IMG/VR virus record: IMGVR_UViG_3300023174_000033
Coordinates: 1 to 64,000 of that record
DNA length: 64,000 nt
Reading direction: 5' to 3' (one strand)
The translations under genes and the position numbers were made by a program. Positions 36,636 to 46,297 of this stretch are shown here, piece after piece; positions within the stretch are counted from its first letter, which is position 1, and the number at the start of each line of letters is the position of its first letter. The notes beneath the pieces were generated by a model. The model had not been told where the DNA came from, searched no databases, and saw only the letters and a list, made by a program, of their open reading frames with translations.

Positions 36636-37680
36636 TATAATCAAAACTCTCTCCAATTGACAAAACCTTTTTAATTCTTGGTTTTGTTATTGATTCACAT
36701 ATATTTGATTCGTTATTCGTAACCAGAATAAACTTACGGTTTGATTCTGGATTTTCTCTATTGTATTCCAATACAGCCTGACCTAAAGTACCACTACCAG
36801 CAAAAAAATCCAATATAACCGAATCATTCCTAGATGCAATCTCTATAATCCGTTTAATTAGTTTAACTGGTTTAGGATAAAGGAAACTAGCTTCAACCTT
36901 TAGAATATCTTCTAAATCCTTTGTACCATCTTGAGTATATCCAACATCTTGACCTAACCAAAGGTTTCTAATACCCCTTCCTTTAGAATTCCCTAGAAAA
37001 GTTTTCTTGGTAGGACAAGAATCACCTTTCTCACCCCAATAGATTAGGTTTTCCTTAACTAATGTGTTATACCATTCTTCTTCAGAGTAATTCCAACCTT
37101 TAGTCCACTTAACACCAGTGGGAGATTCAACTGTATAAACCTTCTTGGTTTTCTTTTTAAATAACTGAACTCCTTTCCTCCAAGGCCCCCTAGGATCATT
37201 ATCCCAATTCTTATATACTTTAGCGTATTCAGGATCTAATGGATCATTATTGATAATTACTTTCTTTGGATTCTTACAGTAAACCAAAATTGATTCTGTT
37301 TGACTAGATATACCTTGTTTATCATTTGATACGGTGTATTTACATTGCCAAACTATAGTGGATAAATGATTCTTTATATCAAAAATAGTATCACAAAGAA
37401 TCCTCAAATAAGGAGCATTCTTATCATTTATATTGATGAATATAAGTCCATCCTCGGTAAGCAATTCTTTGGATAATTCAAGTCTTGGTTTCAAGAAGTC
37501 TAACCAAGATTGCATACCATTAAATGAGTCTTTATACTTACCCATTTTTTTACCAGTGTTATAAGGGGGATCTATACTGATTAACTGTATCTTTCCCTTT
37601 AATTCCTCTCTGAATTTATTTAGAAAATCTAAATTATCAGAATTGAATAAATAATTCCTATTCAAATTAATCATACTCAT
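36625..37680 (-). CDS. Adenine DNA methyltransferase (Mod-like, beta class)
   Basis: IDPPYNTG, YPKP..L..RII and LDFFAGSGT motifs; start at 37680 follows a minus-strand TATATTTG. Confidence 0.93.
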   Translation of the reverse strand: MSMINLNRNYLFNSDNLDFLNKFREELKGKIQLISIDPPYNTGKKMGKYKDSFNGMQSWLDFLKPRLELSKELLTEDGLIFININDKNAPYLRILCDTIFDIKNHLSTIVWQCKYTVSNDKQGISSQTESILVYCKNPKKVIINNDPLDPEYAKVYKNWDNDPRGPWRKGVQLFKKKTKKVYTVESPTGVKWTKGWNYSEEEWYNTLVKENLIYWGEKGDSCPTKKTFLGNSKGRGIRNLWLGQDVGYTQDGTKDLEDILKVEASFLYPKPVKLIKRIIEIASRNDSVILDFFAGSGTLGQAVLEYNRENPESNRKFILVTNNESNICESITKPRIKKVLSIGESFDYITL

Positions 37681-37762
37681 TATATCACAAATATAAGCTA
37701 ATGTCTGGTTTTTTACAAAATATATTTTAAAATCCATAAAATATCATTATCTTTGTATTCAT

Positions 37763-38077
37763 ATGTTTATACTAATCTCTTCCATAATAATCCTTTTAAT
37801 TTCAAGGAAATACTTTCCAACCTATAAAGACACCATCAATAAGATAGTAATTGTTCTATCTGTTTGGTTGACTCTAGGAACAATCTTGAAACACTTTCTA
37901 GCTGATGAACCTAGTAGAAAATACACAGACGTGGAAATGGCCCAGAACTTGATTAAAGAAGATCCAGAGTTTAAGAAAGCTAAAATGAAGATCCTTGATG
38001 ATGGAAGTGTTAAGATCAGTGTTAAAAAGAAAAAGTGGTTTCTTTTGAAAGATGGCGTATTGACCAGTTTGAGATAA
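37763..38077 (+). CDS. Hypothetical membrane protein
   Basis: Two hydrophobic segments; promoter box at 37748. Confidence 0.6.
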   Translation: MFILISSIIILLISRKYFPTYKDTINKIVIVLSVWLTLGTILKHFLADEPSRKYTDVEMAQNLIKEDPEFKKAKMKILDDGSVKISVKKKKWFLLKDGVLTSLR

Positions 38078-38099
38078 ATAAATAAATTTTGTTATAAAA

Positions 38100-38354
38100 A
38101 TGGCAACATTAGAAACACAATATAAAAATTGGTTGGAAAACAATGAACCAATTGAATACTCTGAATGGTTAGAAAAATTCAGTGAGATACATCATCTGGA
38201 TAAGATTATCAAGAAACCTTGTAAGATGGATCATAATGGAGAATGTTTAATATGTGATTGTTGGCCATCTAATTGCGCCTATAAAAGATATCTCAACCAG
38301 GATTATAAATATGAATCAAAAGAAGAGTTAGAAAAAATGTTTAAGGATTTATAA
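38100..38354 (+). CDS. Hypothetical protein with a Cys-rich motif
   Basis: CKMDHNGECLICDCW..C. Confidence 0.65.
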   Translation: MATLETQYKNWLENNEPIEYSEWLEKFSEIHHLDKIIKKPCKMDHNGECLICDCWPSNCAYKRYLNQDYKYESKEELEKMFKDL

Positions 38355-38492
38355 TCATTCAAACCACCCATCCATAATTCCAAGTTTGATATCTGAATAG
38401 GAATTAAGAATATAAAAAGTCAATAAGATGACTAAAATAACTTTCCAATTATTTCTGAATAAGCTTACTATATCTGTTAATAAATTTCTCAT
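38355..38492 (-). CDS. 45-aa putative membrane peptide
   Basis: MRNLLTDIVSLFRNNWKVILVILLTFYILNSYSDIKLGIMDGWFE*, downstream of 38507-38893. Confidence 0.5.
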   Translation of the reverse strand: MRNLLTDIVSLFRNNWKVILVILLTFYILNSYSDIKLGIMDGWFE

Positions 38493-38506
38493 TGATAATT
38501 AAATAT

Positions 38507-38893
38507 TTAAATCTTTCCTTTAACCATATCCAAATCAACTGGCTTATCCATATTATCCATTGCCATAATGATATTACCATCTTCATGTAGAACAGCAATT
38601 AATTTATCCTCCTCTTCGATAAGGGTCATTTCTCTTTCCCCTTTAACATAAGCATCCCAATACTTCTTAGTCTGCTCATCGTTTCTAACGGATAAACTCC
38701 ATAATACAGGCTGTCCATGTTCCTTAGACCACTGATGAACTGCACCAACAAAAGCTGCAAAGTCATCGGGATAATATGTATCTGGTCCTAATTCAGGATA
38801 AACAGTTTCTTTATCATACATACCACCATCTGGCATTCTTACCATATCCTCGGGCATATCACTTTCAAATACTTTGAATGTTTTAAATCTCAT
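38507..38893 (-). CDS. Hypothetical protein with MRFKTFKVFES tag
   Basis: ORF. Confidence 0.65.
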   Translation of the reverse strand: MRFKTFKVFESDMPEDMVRMPDGGMYDKETVYPELGPDTYYPDDFAAFVGAVHQWSKEHGQPVLWSLSVRNDEQTKKYWDAYVKGEREMTLIEEEDKLIAVLHEDGNIIMAMDNMDKPVDLDMVKGKI

Positions 38894-39172
38894 AATATTT
38901 TCTTTTTTATATTATCACCATAGTGATTTATATAGATTTTCTTTAATGTAAGTGCATAGTTTCCCTCTTATGGGTTTAATACCATTTTTTAAATTGCTCC
39001 CATTTGTTTCTCTATTCGGTATCCTATTTCTTCTAAAGTTACCTAAATCTACTTGTTCACATTCTCCAGTCTTATCTGTGCCACTAATGTGGACTTATTT
39101 GTGCTAGTGCTACTATTCAAATCAAATAACTGTAAGTATATATTATTAATTAATAATATGTTTTTTCTAAAA

Positions 39173-39385
39173 TTAAAGATTCTCGGATGCTTGTCTGGCT
39201 TCTTCTAATGTAGAGAAACACTGCCACTCACTATTATTTTCAAAACGAGTTCTAGCACATTCATCAAGTGGCCCACCAATTGCCCAAGTTTCTGTTTCTT
39301 GAATTGTTAATTGTCCACATATAAACTTTTTTTCTTTTACTTTTTGGTAAACCTCACCACTCGCTAATACATATATCTTTGCCAT
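39173..39385 (-). CDS. Hypothetical protein
   Basis: ORF. Confidence 0.55.
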   Translation of the reverse strand: MAKIYVLASGEVYQKVKEKKFICGQLTIQETETWAIGGPLDECARTRFENNSEWQCFSTLEEARQASENL

Positions 39386-39447
39386 TTTAGAATCTATATT
39401 TAAATCTATATATTATTTGGTGAAAATTAATATATAGATCTATCCAT

Positions 39448-39819
39448 ATGAAATACCTAAAAATATTTGAAAGTTTTACAAGTGATAAATTTGAAGATCA
39501 AATTGAAGATTTATTTATTGGAATAACTGATGAATTAGGATCAGATATAGGTATTCATGTGGTTATGGATCTATTTGATGTTGGTCCAAGAACTGAACGA
39601 CTACAAGTAAAGATATTCTTTCCACATGGATATGAACCATCACCTATGGATGTTTATTATAAAATAAGAAATGAACTGGTACCAATCCATAACAAAATAA
39701 TGAAAGATTATGGATTAAAGTTCAGTGGTTGTTCACAATTATATAGACGTGGTGACCCTAAATACTATGGGGTGATGAATTTAATTTATTATAAGAATGA
39801 AGTATCTGAAGAAGTTTGA
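39448..39819 (+). CDS. MKYLKIFESF-family protein
   Basis: N-terminal tag; IEDLF motif shared with the next ORF. Confidence 0.7.
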   Translation: MKYLKIFESFTSDKFEDQIEDLFIGITDELGSDIGIHVVMDLFDVGPRTERLQVKIFFPHGYEPSPMDVYYKIRNELVPIHNKIMKDYGLKFSGCSQLYRRGDPKYYGVMNLIYYKNEVSEEV

Positions 39820-40654
39820 GGGGTTTGACTATCATGGTCCACAATATGCAAAGACTATTTGTGATGGTTGGGGTATTGATTTAGAAGACATAGAAGACCT
39901 TTTTCTTGAATTTGCAGATGAAGGTAAAGTTCTTATTCATCCTATGATAGTAAATAAGGAGTTACGGGTTACTATCCATTCTATTTGGAAAGATTTAAAT
40001 GATTCTGATTGGTTATATAATCCTCTTTGGGATGGGAGGTTTGGGTCTATTAAAAGAAGGTTGAGACAAATGGGTCTTGATATGAACTTAGAGACTAAAA
40101 ACTTACCACAAAGATTTGTTAGTGTTAGGATTTTTCCACAAACTGAGAGAAAAAGAACCTACACTAAAACTGATATAGTTACAGAATCATTTGGTAGATT
40201 TCAATTGGATGAAATCAGCAAACAAGAATATTATTCGATTTTGGATAATAATCCTTTGGTTTATATGCCAGAGAGTAAGGTTTTAGAATTTAAAAGTAAG
40301 CTATCAAAAGAATATAAATTACTTTATGCTCGTGGTGATAAAAAAGATACTGTGGAATACTTCCGAGCTGAATATGAAACAGAAATAGATTATCATTTTA
40401 CCTGCAAAAATTTTAGTATAAAAAAGAAATCCCAAGGTCAAGGTGTGGATGAATCTTGTTATATAATGTTCTACAATTACGAAGAGTTTACATCACACGC
40501 AGCTCCCAAATCTCATATTGAAACACTACCCGACCAACAACGAATAAGTTTTCAAAAGAAATTTTACTTTAGATTTGAAGAATCTGACTTCAATCAAATG
40601 TGTAAAAACCCACAAATCCTTTTGGATTACTTAAATAATTTAGACTTATCATGA
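39797..40654 (+). CDS. MKYLKKFE-family two-module protein
   Basis: Internal ESFGRFQLDEI module shared with 41568-43229. Confidence 0.7.
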   Translation: MKYLKKFEGFDYHGPQYAKTICDGWGIDLEDIEDLFLEFADEGKVLIHPMIVNKELRVTIHSIWKDLNDSDWLYNPLWDGRFGSIKRRLRQMGLDMNLETKNLPQRFVSVRIFPQTERKRTYTKTDIVTESFGRFQLDEISKQEYYSILDNNPLVYMPESKVLEFKSKLSKEYKLLYARGDKKDTVEYFRAEYETEIDYHFTCKNFSIKKKSQGQGVDESCYIMFYNYEEFTSHAAPKSHIETLPDQQRISFQKKFYFRFEESDFNQMCKNPQILLDYLNNLDLS

Positions 40655-41097
40655 AACATTTAAAACTATTTGAATCATTTGGTGGTGAACCTTACTTTAG
40701 AATTGAGGTTGCTGAATTCAATCAAGATGATAAGTGTGAATTATTTAATACTAATGAAGTTTCAAAGATTATAGAATTACTAAAAGGATTTGGATATGAA
40801 GTAGAACTAGAAAATATCTTCTATAATCCAACAGAAAACCCAAATAAATCATTTAGGATTAGAGGTAAAAAAACATCACCTTTAGCTAAAGGTGATGGAT
40901 ATTATAAAGATGAAGTTATTCTGTATAAAGTGGAAGATGAATACTTTGATGTGTTTGTAAAGAAGATTACCGGAATACCAGAACAATCAAGATTAGAAAG
41001 ATTGAGAGGTCATAAAGCTATACCACTAACAGATATGGATTATTTAAGGGCAGACCAGTTAGATGGGTTAGAAGAATTATTTAAGGATAGATTATAA
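40651..41097 (+). CDS. MKHLKLFESF-family protein
   Basis: EDEYF…ADQLDGL module. Confidence 0.7.
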   Translation: MKHLKLFESFGGEPYFRIEVAEFNQDDKCELFNTNEVSKIIELLKGFGYEVELENIFYNPTENPNKSFRIRGKKTSPLAKGDGYYKDEVILYKVEDEYFDVFVKKITGIPEQSRLERLRGHKAIPLTDMDYLRADQLDGLEELFKDRL

Positions 41098-41100
41098 GGT

Positions 41101-41553
41101 TTACTTTTTTACATTATCCTTCTCAACCTTTTCAACTATTTCATTTGAAAACTTCTCAAAGTTCTTAATAATACCCATTAAATCTTGAAGTTCCATTCTG
41201 ATGTGAATACTAGTTAATTGCATATCAGTTCCTATAACATTGTAATCAACTAAACACAATACATAAGGCGTGTCATCTTGGACCCCTCTAATAAGAAATG
41301 TTGCAATAAAAATAACCCTTCCAATTTTAGTTTGTTTATTCCAATTCAAAATTATTTGAGTAGGATGCTCACCACCTATTTGATTGGTTCTCATTCCATT
41401 ACGATTTGCATTCAATGCAAAAGCTTGATAAATCTTTCCACTAAAACCAACTCTTTGAGTATTCTTATAAGACTGATCAAACTTCCATTTTGGAACAAAC
41501 TCAAGTTCAAAATCCCCAGTTTCAAATTCCTCAAATACTTTTAAGTATAACAT
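41101..41553 (-). CDS. MLYLKVFEEF-family protein
   Basis: N-terminal tag; GVQDDTPY motif resembles the GDEPF motif of neighbours. Confidence 0.65.
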   Translation of the reverse strand: MLYLKVFEEFETGDFELEFVPKWKFDQSYKNTQRVGFSGKIYQAFALNANRNGMRTNQIGGEHPTQIILNWNKQTKIGRVIFIATFLIRGVQDDTPYVLCLVDYNVIGTDMQLTSIHIRMELQDLMGIIKNFEKFSNEIVEKVEKDNVKK

Positions 41554-41567
41554 ATTAATATATATTA

Positions 41568-43229
41568 ATGATGAAATACCTTAAACTATTTGAATTATTT
41601 GGTGGATTTCAATTGGATGAAATCACAAGAAAACAATACATTGATATCCAGGTCAGTAGAGAGGATGAGATTATTAATTATGGAAGTCTTCAGTTGATGG
41701 GGGAAAACTTGGATAAAAAGTATGAACTAAAACATACTGGTGTTTGGTTTAAGATTGAATGGGTAGATATACTAAACGGTAATGTTGAGATTCAAACAGA
41801 AATATTTGTGGATAAAGTTTCTCAATATGGAGATGAACCATTTTATACTTTAAAATATTACTATGATGTTTCTCAAGGTAGTAAATATAGTGATAGGTAC
41901 CATTTCTTTAGATTTGAGGAATCTGATTTTGACCAGATGTGTAAGAACCCACAAATACTAATTGATTATCTTAAAGATAATTATTTTGATGAGTCTATTA
42001 TTCAAAGGGATGGGGTAGTTGATGAGGCATTTGGTTTCTCTAGGGGGATTAATCCAGATATACTAACACGGGAACAATTTGAAAGTTTATCAAGACAATG
42101 TATTCATATGAGGTTTAGTAGTAAAACCACAGTAGGACTTACTATGAATATTAGAAAGACTGATATAAATATCAACTATGATTCAAAGGTAAAACAACAT
42201 ATAATGTTTTATTTTAATTATAGTTATTTGGATGCTAAAATGGTATTCAATACCAAGTTTTCTATTATGAAGATTGAAGGTGATGAGCCTTTTGTTTATT
42301 TTGATGCTCGATATGGTTATAGAAATATTGGAACGGATTATTGGGAATACCAAAAATATCCACATGATGAGAGCATCTATGGTAGAATGGAGGTAGAGGA
42401 GTTTGATATGATTATCAAAAATCCAAGACTATGGAAAGATTGGATGGTTGATAAAACTTTTGAACTAGACCAACAGACACATAAGATATTAAAAGAATCT
42501 TTATTTGATGTACCAGAACCAGAACTCATGGATGTAAATGAATGGGATGAAGAAGTAACTAATGCTAAAGAAGTTGATTTCAATCAAAAGGAAAAAGAAT
42601 TATTCATTTCTTTGAGTGATACCATCAGTGTAAAAAACAAAAGGTATATGCCAGAAATCGGTAAATCTAGTTTATTTTTTCAGATGATTAATGGGGATAT
42701 AAATCCTAAATTAAAAGAAACAACTCCTATAAGAAATATTTCAACTTACAAAAATGATGATGAATTTTATTATGTAAATATTTGGGGAAGAGATGCTGAT
42801 GATAAGGTATATCGTTGTGATGGTTATGAATGTTGGGAAAAGTTTTTAAAAGAAATATTCCAAGGATATAGAGATTTGATTAATAACCAAACTAAAACCA
42901 ATGAATCATTTGGTGGGTATTATTATAAGGAAATGGGAGGTTCTGATTATTTCAGGGCAACAAATCATAGATTCACTGATAGTGAGATAAAAGAGTTATC
43001 TAATATCGCAGAACAAAAAGGTGGTGAAGTTCAAAAGTATCCAGGTGATTTAATGGCTACTATTAAAATTCCAAGGGATAAAGGAACTGTAACGATGATA
43101 GAACATACTAGTGTAAAGAAAGTAGAGGATGAGTTTTATTATGTGGCATTTGATATAATGAATCAAAAGAAATATTATGAAGCAGATCAGTTTGATGGGT
43201 TAATAAAATTACTAGAAGATATACTATGA
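41568..43229 (+). CDS. Four-module MKYLKLFE-family protein
   Basis: Modules begin at ELFGG, EAFG, ESLFD and ESFGG; three have close paralogs in neighbouring genes. Confidence 0.75.
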   Translation: MMKYLKLFELFGGFQLDEITRKQYIDIQVSREDEIINYGSLQLMGENLDKKYELKHTGVWFKIEWVDILNGNVEIQTEIFVDKVSQYGDEPFYTLKYYYDVSQGSKYSDRYHFFRFEESDFDQMCKNPQILIDYLKDNYFDESIIQRDGVVDEAFGFSRGINPDILTREQFESLSRQCIHMRFSSKTTVGLTMNIRKTDININYDSKVKQHIMFYFNYSYLDAKMVFNTKFSIMKIEGDEPFVYFDARYGYRNIGTDYWEYQKYPHDESIYGRMEVEEFDMIIKNPRLWKDWMVDKTFELDQQTHKILKESLFDVPEPELMDVNEWDEEVTNAKEVDFNQKEKELFISLSDTISVKNKRYMPEIGKSSLFFQMINGDINPKLKETTPIRNISTYKNDDEFYYVNIWGRDADDKVYRCDGYECWEKFLKEIFQGYRDLINNQTKTNESFGGYYYKEMGGSDYFRATNHRFTDSEIKELSNIAEQKGGEVQKYPGDLMATIKIPRDKGTVTMIEHTSVKKVEDEFYYVAFDIMNQKKYYEADQFDGLIKLLEDIL

Positions 43230-43603
43230 AACATTTAAAACTGTTTGAATCATTTTTTGGTGAATATGAGAAGGTTGATGCTGAAACTTGGAATTCATTT
43301 GGAAAGATTACTCGTTTTGGAGATTCTAAAATTAATCAAATAGAAAAACTAATCCATACCAAAGGTTATGGACATATGTTTATTACAGATAAAATAGGAA
43401 CAATTGGGGTTAGTAAGGAATTAATCAATTTTGTTAAAAGGGATAATAAATTATTCACCAAAATCTTAGTAGTATCTCTAGAAGATGAATGGTTTAAAGT
43501 TAGAATAGAAACAAGTAAGAAAACTCAAGTAACATATGATAAACAATATTACATATGTGATCAGTTTGATGGGTTAATAAAATTTATAGAAGAAGTCTTA
43601 TGA
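43226..43603 (+). CDS. MKHLKLFESF-family protein
   Basis: EDEWF…CDQFDGLIK module. Confidence 0.7.
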   Translation: MKHLKLFESFFGEYEKVDAETWNSFGKITRFGDSKINQIEKLIHTKGYGHMFITDKIGTIGVSKELINFVKRDNKLFTKILVVSLEDEWFKVRIETSKKTQVTYDKQYYICDQFDGLIKFIEEVL

Positions 43604-44022
43604 AATACTTAAAACTATTTGAATCTATGTTTGATGAAGTGCCAGAACCAAGAAGTCTTCTTGATGAAAATGGAGATTATATCATAGGTTCATCAAGACT
43701 CCATCAAAATTTAGTTGAACCGTTCAATCAGCAAGAAAAGGTATTCATCAATGAACTTTTAGAAACCTTAAATGAAGATTATATTTCAACTAACTTTAGT
43801 GATCCAGCTCAATTCATATTAGCAATGGGTGAGATGGGTGAACCTACACACTTTTTAAAAGTTATAAAAATGGAGGATGATTATTATCAGGTTGAGTATG
43901 TGAACTATGTAGATTCAGATGATGAGTATATAGTTTCAGAATGTGATGGGTTTGAGTGTTTATCTAAACTTCTAATTGAACTCTTTGGGAAAATTAAAAC
44001 GGATTACGATGGTGGTGAATGA
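43600..44022 (+). CDS. MKYLKLFES-family protein
   Basis: FDEVPEP…FNQ.EK…CDGFEC module, as in module 3 of 41568-43229. Confidence 0.7.
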   Translation: MKYLKLFESMFDEVPEPRSLLDENGDYIIGSSRLHQNLVEPFNQQEKVFINELLETLNEDYISTNFSDPAQFILAMGEMGEPTHFLKVIKMEDDYYQVEYVNYVDSDDEYIVSECDGFECLSKLLIELFGKIKTDYDGGE

Positions 44023-44043
44023 AAATGACTATATGATTTACCA

Positions 44044-44310
44044 TTAAAAATTAATCTTTCCCTTATAAACAGATTTAATATTATCCAAATATTCTTTAAT
44101 TCCAATCATACACTGACGATAATCAATCTCTTCCCCAAAATTAAATCTAATATTCTCTTCTTCTCTCTTAAATAAATTAATAATGGAACTATTGATATCA
44201 GATAATATCTCTTGATAAATTCTCTCCTTATCTCTATTGTCCCTAAGAATAGATTTTATCTCAAAAATCTCTCCCTCTAATTCCTGTATTTTATTCTTCT
44301 CATATTCCAT
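44044..44310 (-). CDS. Hypothetical coiled-coil protein
   Basis: ORF after a minus-strand TATCTTTG at 44315-44322. Confidence 0.65.
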   Translation of the reverse strand: MEYEKNKIQELEGEIFEIKSILRDNRDKERIYQEILSDINSSIINLFKREEENIRFNFGEEIDYRQCMIGIKEYLDNIKSVYKGKINF

Positions 44311-44398
44311 TTTACAAAGATAATTAATTTCCTATAAAAATTAGATAATAAAAAAATAGATTTTGTTGTAGAGAATAATTGTTATATCTTTGTCTTAT

Positions 44399-44671
44399 AT
44401 GGAAAAAGTTATTAATTTTATTAAAATGTTCATCCCAGCATATGTAGAGTTTCGTTCTTTATATTGGATACAATATAGGGCTAAAATGGATTCAGCCCTA
44501 ATTGAAATCTTCAACTCTATTGATGAAGACCAATATGAAAAAGCTGATAACCTAATTGCAGAATTCGAATCAAAGTTTAACCAAAGTACTGGTCCAGAAT
44601 GGGTAGGTATGAAGTATGCTGAGATATACAAAGCAAAGAGTATGTTAGATTTTCTTAAAGCAACTAGATAA
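44399..44671 (+). CDS. Hypothetical protein
   Basis: ATG at 44399 after TATCTTTG (44385-44392). Confidence 0.65.
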   Translation: MEKVINFIKMFIPAYVEFRSLYWIQYRAKMDSALIEIFNSIDEDQYEKADNLIAEFESKFNQSTGPEWVGMKYAEIYKAKSMLDFLKATR

Positions 44672-44677
44672 AAATTT

Positions 44678-44872
44678 ATGAAAAACTTAAAAGATTTAAT
44701 TGATCGCCTTTCAAATAAGGCAGACTTCACTACAAACATATTAAAGGGTCATATTGAAGACTATTTGACTTGGTCTAATAGAGATGGATATAACCAAGCA
44801 TTGGAAGACGCAATCACTAAAATTACTGATGTCAAAACTATTGAGATCTTAAAAAGTATGAAAAAGAATTAG
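44678..44872 (+). CDS. Hypothetical protein
   Basis: ORF in an operon-like arrangement. Confidence 0.6.
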   Translation: MKNLKDLIDRLSNKADFTTNILKGHIEDYLTWSNRDGYNQALEDAITKITDVKTIEILKSMKKN

Positions 44873-44884
44873 GTTCTTAATAAA

Positions 44885-45217
44885 ATGATTGAAATTAAAG
44901 GATTTGATATATATAGAGATGGTGGGACTATAAAAATAACCACCAATGAAGGAATTTTCTGCTTTGATAATAGGTTAATGTCTACAACTAAAGGTAGATT
45001 ATATTATGGTTATCCAATGGATGATGATAGTAATATAATAGAAAATTCAGAAGAACTTGAATATAAGATTATTAAATCACTTAAATCCCATAAAAATGAG
45101 ACTTACCAAAAATCATTTTTAGTAAGTCTCGAGACTTACCAAAAATCAATTGACCATTTTGTAAAATCAAAACTACATTTGCTTAGAGATGATATTATTG
45201 AAGATATACTAAATTAA
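44885..45217 (+). CDS. Hypothetical protein with an in-frame 33-bp rearrangement
   Basis: YRDGGT motif; ETYQKS occurs twice. Confidence 0.6.
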   Translation: MIEIKGFDIYRDGGTIKITTNEGIFCFDNRLMSTTKGRLYYGYPMDDDSNIIENSEELEYKIIKSLKSHKNETYQKSFLVSLETYQKSIDHFVKSKLHLLRDDIIEDILN

Positions 45218-45301
45218 TTTAGGCAATAAAAAATCAGTCCAACTTTAATCTCTTTTTTAAAGAGAATTGGATATTCCAACATAAATGTTTACCTTTGTAA
45301 T

Positions 45302-46096
45302 ATGAAAACACGAGTAGCTCCATCACCTACGGGTCAATTCCATCTAGGCACCTTACGTACCGCACTTCTTAATTATCTAATGGCCAAGTCCAATGGTGGT
45401 GAGTTTATACTTCGTATTGATGATACCGATCAAGAAAGAAATAAACAAGAGTATATTGATTATATCTATGATCAAATGAAGGAATTTGGTCTAGATTTTG
45501 ACTTAACATTCAAACAGTCTGAAAGATTGGATCGTTATGCAGATGTGTCTCAAAAGATTGGAACACCCACCGAAAATGGATACGAACTTGATATGGGTGA
45601 TTATAAGATGGTTATTCTTAGAAATAATGGATATCCAACTTATAACTTCTGTTCTATTCTAGATGATTATGATTATGATATTACTCATATCGTCCGTGGA
45701 GTAGATCATATTGCTAACCTAGATAAACAAAAAAGAATCTGGGATGAAATCTGTAAAGTTGAAGGTGATAAACCATTTCCAGAAGTTATTCACGCTGGAT
45801 TGCTTTTCGAAGGTGGTAAGAAACTATCAAAAAGAAGTGGCAATGGAACAACACAAGACTACAAAGATGTTAATAAAAAAGCCCTTTTGAATTGGTTGCT
45901 TAAATTTGGATGGTCACACCCAGATCCTAACTTTGATAGTAAACATAAAACTCTGAGTATGGGGGAAATGATCCAACTTTTCAATGATGGTAATATCTCC
46001 AATCGAAATTGTGGAATTGATAAGAATAAACTTGCCTTCTTAAATAAAACTTGGAATAAAAAAGACTCCATAAAGGATAGACAATTTGTTTATTAA
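45302..46096 (+). CDS. Minimal glutamyl-tRNA synthetase / GluQ-like class I synthetase
   Basis: TRVAPSPTG.FHLG, LRIDDTD, QSER, PTYNF…DD, THIVRG.DH and KLSKR motifs; only 264 aa. Confidence 0.9.
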   Translation: MKTRVAPSPTGQFHLGTLRTALLNYLMAKSNGGEFILRIDDTDQERNKQEYIDYIYDQMKEFGLDFDLTFKQSERLDRYADVSQKIGTPTENGYELDMGDYKMVILRNNGYPTYNFCSILDDYDYDITHIVRGVDHIANLDKQKRIWDEICKVEGDKPFPEVIHAGLLFEGGKKLSKRSGNGTTQDYKDVNKKALLNWLLKFGWSHPDPNFDSKHKTLSMGEMIQLFNDGNISNRNCGIDKNKLAFLNKTWNKKDSIKDRQFVY

Positions 46097-46111
46097 AACA
46101 ACTTCGAATAC

Positions 46112-46183
46112 GCATCCATAGTGAAATTGGTATCACGACGGTCTCCAAAACCGTTATTCTACGTTCGAATCGTAGTGGGTGTG
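46112..46183 (+). tRNA. tRNA-Trp (CCA); 3' CCA not encoded
   Basis: Acceptor GCATCCA/TGGGTGT, D stem GTGA/TCAC, anticodon arm ACGGT-CTCCAAA-ACCGT, T arm CTACG-TTCGAAT-CGTAG; followed by CAA. Confidence 0.93.
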
Positions 46184-46297
46184 CAAATATGAACGAAATA
46201 TTAGATTACATAGACAAAATGACAGACCAACATATTGAATTTGGTCACGAAATAAATTTGGAATCCTCAACCCAAATGATTACCTTTGTATTCACTT

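Noticed and set aside
38900-39120. Possible nitrilase-like pseudogene (IVALAQISPH on the minus strand)
   Set aside because: The match is only about 10 residues followed by a stop, too weak to support.
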